This document shows, piece after piece, positions 28,092 through 38,133 of a stretch of 64,000 nucleotides of DNA. The notes under the pieces were generated by a model that saw only the letters and a list, made by a program, of their open reading frames with translations, did not search any database and was not told the origin of the DNA. A program made the position numbers and the translations under genes. Numbering within the stretch: position 1 is the stretch's first letter; each line of letters starts with the position of its first letter. The DNA comes from Gammaproteobacteria bacterium (GTDB taxonomy: Bacteria; Pseudomonadota; Gammaproteobacteria; UBA6186; Azoamicaceae): the NCBI GenBank assembly GCA_044225595.1, contig JBGAIG010000008.1, positions 3,639 to 67,638 on the forward strand. The letters run 5' to 3'.

Positions 28092-29954
28092 ATGCATATT
28101 AACAACACCAAGCGCGCATTTACACAATTATTATTTGAAGCAAATTTATTGCTTAAAAAAGAAGGTGTCTTAGAAAACAAAAAACGATTTTTTGAGTTCG
28201 CACCACTGTTGATTTTAAAGCTCATGAGCGAAAGTGCAGAAATGTCATATTTGCGAAAATCAATGCGAATAAAACAAAAATACAATTGGCAACGCTTTGC
28301 TAAACAAGAACCAGAACAGATGTTGCAAGTGTTGAACCAAGTTGTTTTGCCTGAATTGGTAAAAGCCTATAATCGTCACACGCAATTTTTTCAAAAGAAA
28401 TCCAGTATCAAAAATTCAGAAACATTGAAGAAATTGGTTGATAGGCTTTCACTCTTAAACTTATTGAAACTCAATTCAGATATTTTAGGAGATGCTTTTG
28501 AGTATTTTCTTCATCAAGAGGGTAGAGTTCATAAACAAGGGTTAGGAATTTATTTTACACCGAGGCATGTTGTTAAACTGCTATTAGACTTAATACCACT
28601 TAAACCCAACGATAAAATTTACGATCCCGCCTGTGGAGCAGGCGGATTTTTAACGGAAGCGTTTAAAAAACTCAAAAAACGTTCCAAAACATCTTTACGG
28701 CATTTGAATAAAAAAATCATTTTTGGTCGAGAAATCTCGGATAGTATTAAAATTGCTAAAATGAACCTGATACTGTTGGGTGCTGATCCAATCACACTTT
28801 CTCAAATAGACACTTTAAAAACACCTGTCTTTAATAAATTTTCAGTGATTTTAGCGAATTTTCCTTTTTCTCAGAAAACGGATTGCGGATCGCTCTATGG
28901 TTCTCAAAGCAAAGATGCTAATCCACTTTTTTTAAAACATATTATGGATGCTTTGATAATGGGTGGAACAGCGGGTGTGATTGTGCCTGATCGACTGCTG
29001 TTTAGTGAAAATTTAGAATATATCAAAATCAGAAAAAAGCTTTTAGAGACCTGCAATTTGTTGGCCGTTATTCAATTGCATGATTTTGTATTTATGCCAT
29101 ACACAAAGCAGCCCACCAGTATCCTTATTTTTAAAAAAGGTGCGAGCACAAAAACCGTGTGGTTTTTTGATGTTCGGGAGGATGGTTTTAAAAAAACAAC
29201 GCATTTGTCAGGTAGGCCCTCTATCATTCCAAATGATTTCCCTTTATTGCGGAAGTGTTGGAAAAATAAAAAAGACTCTGGTTGTTCGTTTTCTGTTTCG
29301 GTTAATGACATTATGAAAGAAAATTATCATCTTTCAATGAATCGATACAAAAATTTAAATCAACCCTTACAAGACCAAGTTAAGCTTGGAGAACTCTGCG
29401 ACATTGTGGTGGGTGAGACACCTCTATCAAGCAACCCACGTTTTTATGGTGGAAAAAATTTGTTTGTTAGAGTTAAAGACCTAGATCAACCGATTGTTAA
29501 AAACACGCAGGATACATTAACGGATGAGGGTGTTAATCAGTCTAACGTTAAACCTATCAAAAAACATACATTGTTATTTAGTTTCAAGTTGACGATAGCA
29601 AAGGTAGCATTTGCAGGGAAAACATTGTATACCAATGAAGCCGTTGCCGGACTTATTCCCAAAGATCATCGTGTCTTATCTCAGTATCTTTATTATATAT
29701 TGCCACAATTAGATTATTGTCCTTATGTTAACCGAGGTTGTAAAGGGCAAGAACTGACCCGAAATGCATTAGCAACCATCCGCATTCCTTTGCCTCCTCT
29801 TGACATTCAAAGAAAACTCGTTCGCACATTCAATAGACAAGATATACAAAAAGTAAGTTGCTTAAAACAAATACAAAGAATAACCGTGTTTAAAAACAAA
29901 AAAGTTCAGGCATTGATTGGAAAGTATCAGTGCAAAACAGGAGTAAAGGTATGA
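28092..29954 (+). CDS. N6-adenine DNA methyltransferase (HsdM-like) fused to a single HsdS-type target-recognition domain; no cognate restriction gene nearby
   Basis: Motif I 'IYDPACGAGGFL', motif IV 'ANFPFS' (NPPF/Y class) and an HsdM_N-like N-terminus. The C-terminal TRD 'LGELCDIVVGETP...LFSFKLTIAKVAFAG..LYTNEAVAGLIP' is typical of type I S subunits. Its stop overlaps the next gene's ATG (ATGA). Confidence 0.85.
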   Translation: MHINNTKRAFTQLLFEANLLLKKEGVLENKKRFFEFAPLLILKLMSESAEMSYLRKSMRIKQKYNWQRFAKQEPEQMLQVLNQVVLPELVKAYNRHTQFFQKKSSIKNSETLKKLVDRLSLLNLLKLNSDILGDAFEYFLHQEGRVHKQGLGIYFTPRHVVKLLLDLIPLKPNDKIYDPACGAGGFLTEAFKKLKKRSKTSLRHLNKKIIFGREISDSIKIAKMNLILLGADPITLSQIDTLKTPVFNKFSVILANFPFSQKTDCGSLYGSQSKDANPLFLKHIMDALIMGGTAGVIVPDRLLFSENLEYIKIRKKLLETCNLLAVIQLHDFVFMPYTKQPTSILIFKKGASTKTVWFFDVREDGFKKTTHLSGRPSIIPNDFPLLRKCWKNKKDSGCSFSVSVNDIMKENYHLSMNRYKNLNQPLQDQVKLGELCDIVVGETPLSSNPRFYGGKNLFVRVKDLDQPIVKNTQDTLTDEGVNQSNVKPIKKHTLLFSFKLTIAKVAFAGKTLYTNEAVAGLIPKDHRVLSQYLYYILPQLDYCPYVNRGCKGQELTRNALATIRIPLPPLDIQRKLVRTFNRQDIQKVSCLKQIQRITVFKNKKVQALIGKYQCKTGVKV

Positions 29955-30604
29955 AAAAAGATGATATGCCTCAATTTGCATTGAGTCTCGCGGAATTAGG
30001 CGAGATTTATGCTAAAAACATTTCTGAGTTTCTGACAGATATTTATTGGAAAGCTCTGGAAGGTTTTGAGTTGCAGGATGTAAAAAAAGCCTTGAGAGCG
30101 CATATTTATAATCCCGACTGCGGACAATATTTCCCAAAACCTGCAGATATTATTCGATTTATCGAGGGCAGTGGTGAAACCAAAGCGTTGAAAGCTTGGG
30201 CGGTGGTTGAAAAAGCCATTCACTGCGTTGGGAGCTACCAAAGTATTGCCTTTGATGATCCCTTAATCCACGCGGTTCTCGAAGATATGGGAGGTTGGGT
30301 TAAGCTTTGCAGCGTCAAGTTAGATGAATTTCCCTTTCGCGCCAACGAGTTTCAAAAGCGATACATGGGTTTTCTGATTAAAAAACCCGAACGTCATCCT
30401 AAATACTTAGCAGGCATTACAGAGATAGACAATGTTAAAAACGGTTTTGAAGTAACAGCACCGGTATTGGTGGGTGATCCTAAAAAAGCGGAACAGGTGA
30501 TGCTTACGGGTGGTGGCAGACCCTTAGCGATACAAACATTTACAGAATCGATTGCAGCAGTCATGCAATTGCCTTCAAAAACCAAAAACGAGGATGATGT
30601 ATGA
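29951..30604 (+). CDS. hypothetical protein, long paralogue of 27468-27923
   Basis: 'IYWKALEGFELQDVKKALRAHIY..YFPKPADIIRFIE..DPLIHAVLEDMGG..ANEFQKRYMGFL'. Start at ATG 29951, overlapping the methyltransferase stop. Confidence 0.55.
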   Translation: MKKDDMPQFALSLAELGEIYAKNISEFLTDIYWKALEGFELQDVKKALRAHIYNPDCGQYFPKPADIIRFIEGSGETKALKAWAVVEKAIHCVGSYQSIAFDDPLIHAVLEDMGGWVKLCSVKLDEFPFRANEFQKRYMGFLIKKPERHPKYLAGITEIDNVKNGFEVTAPVLVGDPKKAEQVMLTGGGRPLAIQTFTESIAAVMQLPSKTKNEDDV

Positions 30605-30876
30605 AATCAAAACGTTTGCCTTTACCCTTAACGGAAAGACAAAAGCAAATTGGTGTTTGTTTGCTGGCAGGAATGCCACCTAAAAAAATTGCGAGTCGGT
30701 TTAAATTGTCCGTCAGTACTGTGAGAGAACATCAAGCAGCCATTAAGGAAAAGTTGCTTTGCCAAAATGCGTATCAAATGGGTTCTAAACTCGCAATATT
30801 ATTTGGTAGTGACGAAGAAAATCTCAATTTTTATGTAAAAAAATTGGATTTCAAGGGTGACCAACCTGATTTTTGA
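30601..30876 (+). CDS. small LuxR/GerE-type HTH transcriptional regulator
   Basis: 'LTERQKQIGVCLLAGMPPKKIASRFKLSVSTVREHQAAIKEKL' is a GerE HTH. It lies immediately upstream of the tra operon. Confidence 0.7.
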   Translation: MKSKRLPLPLTERQKQIGVCLLAGMPPKKIASRFKLSVSTVREHQAAIKEKLLCQNAYQMGSKLAILFGSDEENLNFYVKKLDFKGDQPDF

Positions 30877-30939
30877 GGGTAGTAATTCATAAGATTGTGC
30901 TTATTATGATTTTTATAGGGCTTAAAAAAGGAGTGAAAT

Positions 30940-31287
30940 ATGCATCATGTATTGTCAGAAAAATTTCAACACAGTAAGCTTTCATTTCATCAAAATCTGC
31001 CATTGTTTTCGTTTGTGATGACGACGGCTGCTATGGGTCTTTTTCTCTTTGCAGGAGAAAGTTCGGCTCTTGCCCAAGGAGACCAGGTTGCAGAGATTAA
31101 CGAGTTAACCACGCACGTTACAAAATTAGCTAAAAACGGTTGTTATATCACTGGCACTGCGTCGGCATTGATTGGTTCTATTTTTGCGGTTGCGCAACAG
31201 AGCTTAAAAATCTTTGGAGTAGCAGCAGCAGTGACTTTGTTGGCTTTTAAGGCTCCGGCTTTTTTTACTTCTGCGATGTTGATTTAA
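30940..31287 (+). CDS. traA: F-type propilin TraA-like
   Basis: 115 aa, the first gene of the tra cluster. It has a long leader ending 'SSALA|QGD' followed by two hydrophobic segments, which is the propilin layout. Confidence 0.55.
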   Translation: MHHVLSEKFQHSKLSFHQNLPLFSFVMTTAAMGLFLFAGESSALAQGDQVAEINELTTHVTKLAKNGCYITGTASALIGSIFAVAQQSLKIFGVAAAVTLLAFKAPAFFTSAMLI

Positions 31288-31288
31288 G

Positions 31289-31576
31289 ATGGAACAAACC
31301 CAAATTCCTATACCTGTTTTTTTAAATGAGCCAGAAAAAGTAATTTTCTGGACATGGCAGGAAGTTGCATGGTTTTTGGGTCTCTTTTTTTTAGTGTGGA
31401 TTTTATGTTCTTTTTTGTTGGGGTTGTTACTGGGGATCGGCATGGTTAAATTATTGCGGTGGATGCAAAAAAGCCCCTGGGGCGATTTAACTAAAATCGG
31501 CCTGTATTGGTTTTTGCCAACAAAAAACAGCTTTAAGACCTTTCCGCCGTCCTATATCAGAGAGTTTATGGGATGA
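31289..31576 (+). CDS. traL: type IV conjugative transfer system protein TraL
   Basis: 'FLNEPEKVIFWTWQEV' plus a TM segment and 'IGLYWFLPT' (compare F TraL 'LIYWYMPT'). Gene order supports the call. Confidence 0.75.
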   Translation: MEQTQIPIPVFLNEPEKVIFWTWQEVAWFLGLFFLVWILCSFLLGLLLGIGMVKLLRWMQKSPWGDLTKIGLYWFLPTKNSFKTFPPSYIREFMG

Positions 31577-32133
31577 ACAGTAAAAATGTATTGAGCAGCC
31601 GCAATCAAGCAGTCACAGAACGCAACCGCTTGTTAATCGGTTTTGCAGTTGCAAGTTTTTTAGCTCTTTTATTAGGATTTTCAGTTTTTTGTTTAGTTGG
31701 AAAAGAACGGGTGGTAATTGTACCGCCTATTGTTAATCGTGACTTTTGGGTTGGAACCGATACGGTATCGGATAGCTATTTAGAACAAATGTCTGAGTTT
31801 TTTGCAGGACTTTTATTAAATGTGAATCCTAACAGCTTTAAAACGAGAGCTGAACATTTATTACAACATGTCGCTCCCAATGCTTACCCCGCCCTTAAAA
31901 CTCAATTAGTGGAACGACAACTGGAACTTGAACGCAGAGCGATGTCAACGGCATTTTATCCTGCCAGTTTCAAAGTCGATAGACATAAGCTTTTAGTAGA
32001 ACTCAAAGGTGAACTTAAGGTTTTAGTGGGTAATGCGCCTGTTGAGTCTCAAACTAAAACTTATCATATCAACTTTAGTCAACACCAGGGTCGTCTTTAT
32101 ATCCAAAAATTTTCTGAGGTGCCACATGTCTAA
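31573..32133 (+). CDS. traE: TraE pilus assembly protein
   Basis: N-terminal TM segment. 'DSYLEQMSEFFAGLLLNVNPNS' aligns with F TraE 'ASYLQQMALSFIALRLNVS'. Confidence 0.8.
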   Translation: MNSKNVLSSRNQAVTERNRLLIGFAVASFLALLLGFSVFCLVGKERVVIVPPIVNRDFWVGTDTVSDSYLEQMSEFFAGLLLNVNPNSFKTRAEHLLQHVAPNAYPALKTQLVERQLELERRAMSTAFYPASFKVDRHKLLVELKGELKVLVGNAPVESQTKTYHINFSQHQGRLYIQKFSEVPHV

Positions 32134-32803
32134 AATTTTAATCACAATTGTGTCGATATTGTTTTGTGCTGTTGCGATAGCAGAACAACAAGTGCCTGTG
32201 CAAGAAGGGTCAGAAGTCAGCATTAGTGTTTCATCGAATACACTGAATCGTTTGGCTGTTCAAAATGACCGCATTATGACTGTAAAGGGCATTACCGGAC
32301 AGTTTCAACTCGATAAAGATGGAGAAACCGGACAAGTGTTTATTAAGCCTATTGTAACCGATAAACAAGAACTTATTCATTTATTTTTGTTAACGGAAAA
32401 AGGACACACCTATCCTTTAAGCCTGACTTTGCATGAAGGCGACGCTCAAAGCATTTTATTAATGCCCATCGAACCAGAACCTATCCAGTGGGAACAATCC
32501 AGCAGCTATGAAACCTTATTAAGAACATTGCTTAAAGCTATGCATAACCAAGCACCTGTCGAAGGTTTTATAATTAATAAAATTAAAACACAAATCCCCA
32601 TTATTAAACAGGCTAAGGTTAGCCATCTTCAAACCTATACCGGAAAGCAATTACAAGGCCACGTTTTAGAAATAACAAATACATCCAAAGAAGAATTGGT
32701 TTTAACAGAAGAGTTATTTCAGCTAAAGGGTGTTAGAGCTGTGTCGATTCTAAATCCTATTTTATCTGCTCGCGCTAAAACACGTGTTTATGTGGTGAAT
32801 TAA
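32126..32803 (+). CDS. traK: TraK (secretin-like core component)
   Basis: Start at ATG 32126 gives the signal peptide 'MSKILITIVSILFCAVAIAEQ'. Position and size match F-type TraK. Confidence 0.8.
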   Translation: MSKILITIVSILFCAVAIAEQQVPVQEGSEVSISVSSNTLNRLAVQNDRIMTVKGITGQFQLDKDGETGQVFIKPIVTDKQELIHLFLLTEKGHTYPLSLTLHEGDAQSILLMPIEPEPIQWEQSSSYETLLRTLLKAMHNQAPVEGFIINKIKTQIPIIKQAKVSHLQTYTGKQLQGHVLEITNTSKEELVLTEELFQLKGVRAVSILNPILSARAKTRVYVVN

Positions 32804-32804
32804 T

Positions 32805-34067
32805 ATGAAATTGATTTCAATTCCAACAGAAACGCTTAAAAAGCATCAATTAAAGGTTTTTAGTGTCGTTCTGGGTACTTTAGGGATTCTCGGTGCGCTA
32901 TTGTTTTTTATAGGCACGGAAAAAGTACCTTCGCCACCTGAAATTATGAGCGAAAAAGCACCGCTTTATGATGTCACAGAAGCCTTAGAAGATAAAAGTT
33001 TTTGGGTATTTAAATCGGAGAATCGTTTAGCTGAACAAGAAAAAACCCAAGCAAAACTGATGCATGACTTGGAAGAAATTCGCGAATCTTTAAAAAAGCC
33101 TGATACTGAGGATGCCAACTCAGAAATCAAAACTTTGCAAAATCGGGTGGCTGAACTTGAAAATAAATTAAACTTGTCATCTTTTGGGGAAGCTACTTCT
33201 CAACAAGACGAAGTTAACAATAATAATACCGCATTTGAGACACCGGCACCCTCTTATGGATTTAGTCATAACGCTTCTCAAAATGTTAACACAGATATAG
33301 AAAAAGTACCTGCACGTTCCACAATTTTTTCAGAAACGATAATCATGCCCAATCCAAATGAACCCAGTGCTAAATTCCATCACGATAATTATATTCCGGC
33401 AGGATCTTATGTAAAAGCAGTATTGTTGAGTGGCGTTGATGTTTCTGTTGGAGTTTCTTCTCAGTCTAATCCACAACCTGTGTTATTGAGGCTGGTGCAT
33501 CCCGGAAGTCTACCCAATCATGTTTTAGGAAAAATGCGGGACTGTCGCATTATTGCCGCGGCTTCCGGTGAGCTTTCAACCGAACGTGCACAGTTTCGAT
33601 TAGAAAAATTAAGCTGCATTCAACCTGACGGTCGTGTGATTGAAACGGATGTAGATGGCTATATCAGCGGTGAAGACGGCAAAAACGGTATGCGGGGGCG
33701 CATGGTGATGCGCGATGCAGAGGTTTTAAAACGGGGCTTTTTGGGTGGATTGCTATCAGGTTTAGGTAAAGCGACGAGTCAATCGTTTAATACCACCAGC
33801 GTCTCGCCTTTAGGTGCAGTTAATACCGTTAAAGGCGGCGATATTTTTAAACAAGCAGGAGCGGAAGGGGCAGGTAATGCCTTTGAATTGATGGCTAAAT
33901 ACAATATTCAAAGAGCAGAACAATATCAACCCGTGATACAAATCAGTGCCGGACGAGAAGTTTTTGTGATTTTTCATTCGGGTAGAGCCTTTGGTGAACA
34001 CCGCGCAAAAGCGATTAACCCCGTCCCTCACCCCAAACCCCATTTACTTTTTGGAGATAACCCATGA
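32805..34067 (+). CDS. traB: TraB (VirB10-like)
   Basis: N-terminal TM segment, a coiled-coil, and a C-terminal 'GYISGEDGKNGMRG' beta-barrel region typical of TraB/VirB10. Confidence 0.85.
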   Translation: MKLISIPTETLKKHQLKVFSVVLGTLGILGALLFFIGTEKVPSPPEIMSEKAPLYDVTEALEDKSFWVFKSENRLAEQEKTQAKLMHDLEEIRESLKKPDTEDANSEIKTLQNRVAELENKLNLSSFGEATSQQDEVNNNNTAFETPAPSYGFSHNASQNVNTDIEKVPARSTIFSETIIMPNPNEPSAKFHHDNYIPAGSYVKAVLLSGVDVSVGVSSQSNPQPVLLRLVHPGSLPNHVLGKMRDCRIIAAASGELSTERAQFRLEKLSCIQPDGRVIETDVDGYISGEDGKNGMRGRMVMRDAEVLKRGFLGGLLSGLGKATSQSFNTTSVSPLGAVNTVKGGDIFKQAGAEGAGNAFELMAKYNIQRAEQYQPVIQISAGREVFVIFHSGRAFGEHRAKAINPVPHPKPHLLFGDNP

Positions 34068-34438
34068 TGAAGCCCATTGTATTATTGCTTTGTTTAAATC
34101 TCACAGCTTGTTCCATGCAACAGCAGTTTGATTGCCCATACAAAGAAGGTGCGCGTTGTTTAAGTGTGGGTGAAATTGACCAAAAAATTAATGCGGGTCA
34201 ATTGAATCTCTCTGAAAATAAAAACGCCTCTCATTCTAAAAAACTTGAGGTGCTATCAAACAGCACTGTTGTACCCACTTCCTTACGTACGCCAGAAACC
34301 GTCCTGATGGCTTGGATAGCACCCTATTACACAACGGATGGTGTTTACCATGAAGCGCACCGTATTCATTTTGTGGGGAGTGAAGCCGCTTGGGTTAATA
34401 CCCCTCTTGAGATAAATATGACAGGAGAAAATCCCTAA
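34064..34438 (+). CDS. traV: TraV lipoprotein
   Basis: Lipobox 'LNLTAC|S', small size, and position between traB and traC. Confidence 0.7.
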   Translation: MMKPIVLLLCLNLTACSMQQQFDCPYKEGARCLSVGEIDQKINAGQLNLSENKNASHSKKLEVLSNSTVVPTSLRTPETVLMAWIAPYYTTDGVYHEAHRIHFVGSEAAWVNTPLEINMTGENP

Positions 34439-36978
34439 TGTTTTCAGAAACACTGAATAAATCTAAAAAAGTGATTGCAGATTTCTTAAAATCCAGTCTA
34501 TTGCAAGACGATGAAAAACCTTTGCAATCTGGTACGCTAGATAATTTAAACAAAGTCTTAGGGTTGCATTCCATTGCCGAATATCTGCCTTATGAAAGCT
34601 ATAATCCCGATACCGAGATTTACGAGTGTAAAGATGCTAAAGGCATTGTGTTAGAAGCGAATCCGATGGTCGGGGCCTCGGATAATAATGTGGATGCTTT
34701 TTATGCTTTATTACAACGCATTTTGCCTGAAGGCACTATCATGCATTGTTTACTCTATGCTTCACCTTTCCTTGGCCGCTCTTTTGATGCTTTTATGAAA
34801 GAACGACAACACCCGCATCCGCTCATTAAACGATTAGCCGAAAAGCGCGTTGATTTTTATAAAAAAGGCGTTCATGAAACACTGATTCCAGGCCAACAAA
34901 CAGTACTACGTGATTATCAATTATTAGTCTGTCTTGTTTTTGATAATGCACTAGGCTTTAGTGATGACAAAATACTGTCTTTAAAAAATAGCTTAATAAC
35001 TACTTTCAAAGGCTCTGGCATTGACTCTCTATCACTCCATCCAGAACCTTTTATGCAATGGATAGATGCACTATTAAGACCCAGTGATGCTTTATACCCT
35101 GAATCTTTTGATTGGAATGAATTGGACACGATTGCTCATCAATTAGGCGCATCGCATTACTCTAGAATTGTGACCCCTTCCAAGATGTTTTTATATGAAG
35201 GCGAAAATCAAGGCAAATGGCAAATCCGAAATTTTAGAGTCAGTCATTTTAAAAAATACAGACCGCACTTAAGCGAAATGTCTGATTTTATTGGCAACCT
35301 TTTTGATAATACAGCGCAAATCGGTTGCCCTTTTTCTTTAAGCTTTATTATTCATATTTGCAAGCAATCGACAGAACAAAATATTGCGGCCACTCGCGCT
35401 TTTAGAGCAATGCAAAGGGCACAAAAATTAGCGGCGCATAGCCAAAAGGCGGTTAGCGATGCACAAGAGGCCAGAGCTATTATGCGAGCAATCGAAGATA
35501 AAGAAAGAGTCGTGCTGGTTTCTTTTCAGGTGTCACTTTATTGCAAAACCGAAAATGCAGAAGCCCAAGAAGCGGCCCTCATGAATGTTTTTCAAGCCTC
35601 CAACCCTAAATGGCAATTGGTTAAAAATTATTTGGCACAAATGGTAATGCTATTAGCGCATCTGCCTTTAACTCAAAACCATACCATGATAAAAGAATTA
35701 AGTCGCCTCAAATTAACCTATAAATTGTGGGCAACGGATGCTGCCAATATGCTGCCCATCATTGCTGAAATGAAGGGAATGAGTAGTCACCGATTAATGT
35801 TGGTGGGCAGACGCGGCCAAACGCTTTTTTGGGATCCCTTTGGTAATCAAAAAGGCAACTACAACACCTGTGTAGCCGGTATCTCGGGTAGTGGTAAATC
35901 CGTCACTGTTCAGGAAATGGTATCTGCCTTGATTGGTACAGGGGCTCGCGTATGGATTATTGACGTAGGACGTTCGTATAAAAAATTGTGCCAAGTATTA
36001 GATGGACAATTTATAGAATTTAACGAAAATTCGAAACTCTGTTTAAATCCTTTTACTACCGTTAAACCAACCGAATTTAAAGAATTTATTGGATTTATGA
36101 CACCTTTTATTGGTTCTATGATTAATGCAAATCAAGAGTCAGATTCTATAGAGATGGCTTTTATTGAACAAGCGGTTAAAGCCGTTTGGGATAATGATGG
36201 GAATCAAGGCTCTGTGACGAGTATCGCTAATTGGTTGTTAAATCATAAAGACTCTCGTGCACAAGATTTAGGTACTGTTTTATATCCTTACACTTGTGAG
36301 GGCCAATATGGTGCTTATTTTAATGGTGAAGCTAACATCAATTTTGATAATGCCATGGTGGTCTTTGAATTAGAAGAAATCAATTCAGACAAACGCTTAC
36401 AAAGTATCCTTTTTATGCTGTTGATGTACCACGTCACTGAAAAAATGTGTTTGGGCGCACGTAAAATTCAAATGGCCTTAGTCATTGATGAAGCTTGGGA
36501 TATGTTAAAAGGCGGACAAGGTGCCAAGATCATTGAAAGTATTGCCAGACGTGCACGCAAGTATGCAGGCTGTTTAGTCACCATTACCCAATCAATCGCT
36601 GACTATTTTGCATCTAATGCGGGTTACGCTGCTTATAAAAATTCCTACTGGAAAATCATTCAAATGCAAAATAAAGCTGATATCAATACCTTAGTGGATG
36701 ATAAGAAACTCATTTTAAATTCTTTCCAAAAACGACTACTTTGTTCGGTTACCACTGAGCATGGTCTTTATTCTGAAATGATGATTTTAGGCGATAACAA
36801 TGAGTGTGCGGTAGGACGTTTGTTACTGGATCCGTATTCGCGTATTCTTTATTCCACCCAAGCCAAAGACTTTTCGGATGTCAATGAACTCTGTCAACAA
36901 GGCGTATCGCTCGTTGATGCGATTGGTATGGTTGCAGAACAACGTTTTCCCACAAATAAAAAAGGAATCATTCAATGA
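34438..36978 (+). CDS. traC: TraC ATPase (VirB4 family)
   Basis: Walker A 'GISGSGKS', Walker B 'LVIDEAW'; 846 aa. Confidence 0.92.
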   Translation: MFSETLNKSKKVIADFLKSSLLQDDEKPLQSGTLDNLNKVLGLHSIAEYLPYESYNPDTEIYECKDAKGIVLEANPMVGASDNNVDAFYALLQRILPEGTIMHCLLYASPFLGRSFDAFMKERQHPHPLIKRLAEKRVDFYKKGVHETLIPGQQTVLRDYQLLVCLVFDNALGFSDDKILSLKNSLITTFKGSGIDSLSLHPEPFMQWIDALLRPSDALYPESFDWNELDTIAHQLGASHYSRIVTPSKMFLYEGENQGKWQIRNFRVSHFKKYRPHLSEMSDFIGNLFDNTAQIGCPFSLSFIIHICKQSTEQNIAATRAFRAMQRAQKLAAHSQKAVSDAQEARAIMRAIEDKERVVLVSFQVSLYCKTENAEAQEAALMNVFQASNPKWQLVKNYLAQMVMLLAHLPLTQNHTMIKELSRLKLTYKLWATDAANMLPIIAEMKGMSSHRLMLVGRRGQTLFWDPFGNQKGNYNTCVAGISGSGKSVTVQEMVSALIGTGARVWIIDVGRSYKKLCQVLDGQFIEFNENSKLCLNPFTTVKPTEFKEFIGFMTPFIGSMINANQESDSIEMAFIEQAVKAVWDNDGNQGSVTSIANWLLNHKDSRAQDLGTVLYPYTCEGQYGAYFNGEANINFDNAMVVFELEEINSDKRLQSILFMLLMYHVTEKMCLGARKIQMALVIDEAWDMLKGGQGAKIIESIARRARKYAGCLVTITQSIADYFASNAGYAAYKNSYWKIIQMQNKADINTLVDDKKLILNSFQKRLLCSVTTEHGLYSEMMILGDNNECAVGRLLLDPYSRILYSTQAKDFSDVNELCQQGVSLVDAIGMVAEQRFPTNKKGIIQ

Positions 36979-37565
36979 CCCGTCAAACTCAAAAAAATAC
37001 TTTAAGACCCGATAATGAATTGCTGTATGCGGCAATTAATCCCGAACCGAACTTTAAGCCAAAAGAAAAAGAAAGTTTAGGTTTTAAATTCAAACGTTTT
37101 AAGGATTCGAAAATATTTCGCTATTGGCCGTTATTACTGATCCCTTTAGCTTTTTGGCTGGGTAACCATTTTGCCATCGTCGTTAATCAAACCGAGAGCC
37201 TTCCTCAAAAGGTCTGGATCATGGCTTTAAATCAAAAGCCTAAAAGAAACGACTTTGTTGCTTTTAAGCCCTCCATTAAAAGTGGGCTGCCGAGAAATAT
37301 TATTTTGCATAAACAAATCCTAGGTATTCCAGGCGATAATGTGACCTTAAAAGGTAGAGATTTTTACATTAATGGACAATTCGTTTCGACGGCCAAAACA
37401 CATTCTTTAGAAGGCGAGCCTTTAACGTTAGGTCCAACCGGTATGCTCAAAGAAGGACAGTACTATGTTTCAACACCGCACAAAGACAGCTTTGATTCCC
37501 GTTATAAAAAAATGGGTTGGATTAACGCTGATGAGCTTTTGGGTGTGTTGTATCCCTTATGGTGA
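36975..37565 (+). CDS. S26-family conjugative signal peptidase (TraF/TrhF-type)
   Basis: 'LPQKVWIM..KRNDFVAFKP', 'GIPGDNVTLKGRDFYINGQ' and 'DSFDSRY..GWI' are signal-peptidase-I-like blocks. Confidence 0.75.
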   Translation: MTRQTQKNTLRPDNELLYAAINPEPNFKPKEKESLGFKFKRFKDSKIFRYWPLLLIPLAFWLGNHFAIVVNQTESLPQKVWIMALNQKPKRNDFVAFKPSIKSGLPRNIILHKQILGIPGDNVTLKGRDFYINGQFVSTAKTHSLEGEPLTLGPTGMLKEGQYYVSTPHKDSFDSRYKKMGWINADELLGVLYPLW

Positions 37566-38133
37566 GAGTATGGCTTTAAATCTTGGTGTACAAGGCAGTG
37601 TTTATGAAATTGGAGAACAAAACGCATTAATTTGGATTATGGAAAAGTTAAGGCTGATGGAAATGAATGGTGAAATAGCGGCTCAAAACCAAAAGCTTAA
37701 AAATCAAGCATTAGCAACTTTAGAACGTCCCACATCTACCCATTTAAAATGCACCCAACAGGCTAGAACATTTGAAAAAGATTTAACGATTACCGTTTTT
37801 GCAGATATTAAAGATGCGAATGGGACAATCATACACAAAGCAGGAACTCGCATTAACCCACTTGAAAATGTTTGGAGTGCTAAGTCGCTGATTTTTTTTG
37901 ATGGGGATGATGTAAAGCAATTAAATTGGGCATTGCAAGAATATAAAAATAAAAAGAGACGCACTAAATTAGTGTTAATCAAAGGCGCGCCTTTAGAGCT
38001 GATGCGTCGATATGATATTCCCTTCTATTTTGATCAAGCGGGTAAGTTATCTCAATATTTTGAATTGGAACAAGTGCCCGCTATCGTTCGTCAGAAAAAA
38101 GATAAATTAATTATTTCAGAGATCAAATTATGA
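37465..38133 (+). CDS. traW: TraW
   Basis: 'LIFFDGDDVKQLNW', 'LIKGAPLEL' and 'FYFDQAGKLSQYFELEQVPAIV' align with F TraW. The long ORF start (37465) supplies a signal peptide 'KKWVGLTLMSFWVCCIPYGESMA' but overlaps the upstream gene by about 100 nt. ATG 37570 is the alternative start. Confidence 0.75.
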   Translation: MFQHRTKTALIPVIKKWVGLTLMSFWVCCIPYGESMALNLGVQGSVYEIGEQNALIWIMEKLRLMEMNGEIAAQNQKLKNQALATLERPTSTHLKCTQQARTFEKDLTITVFADIKDANGTIIHKAGTRINPLENVWSAKSLIFFDGDDVKQLNWALQEYKNKKRRTKLVLIKGAPLELMRRYDIPFYFDQAGKLSQYFELEQVPAIVRQKKDKLIISEIKL

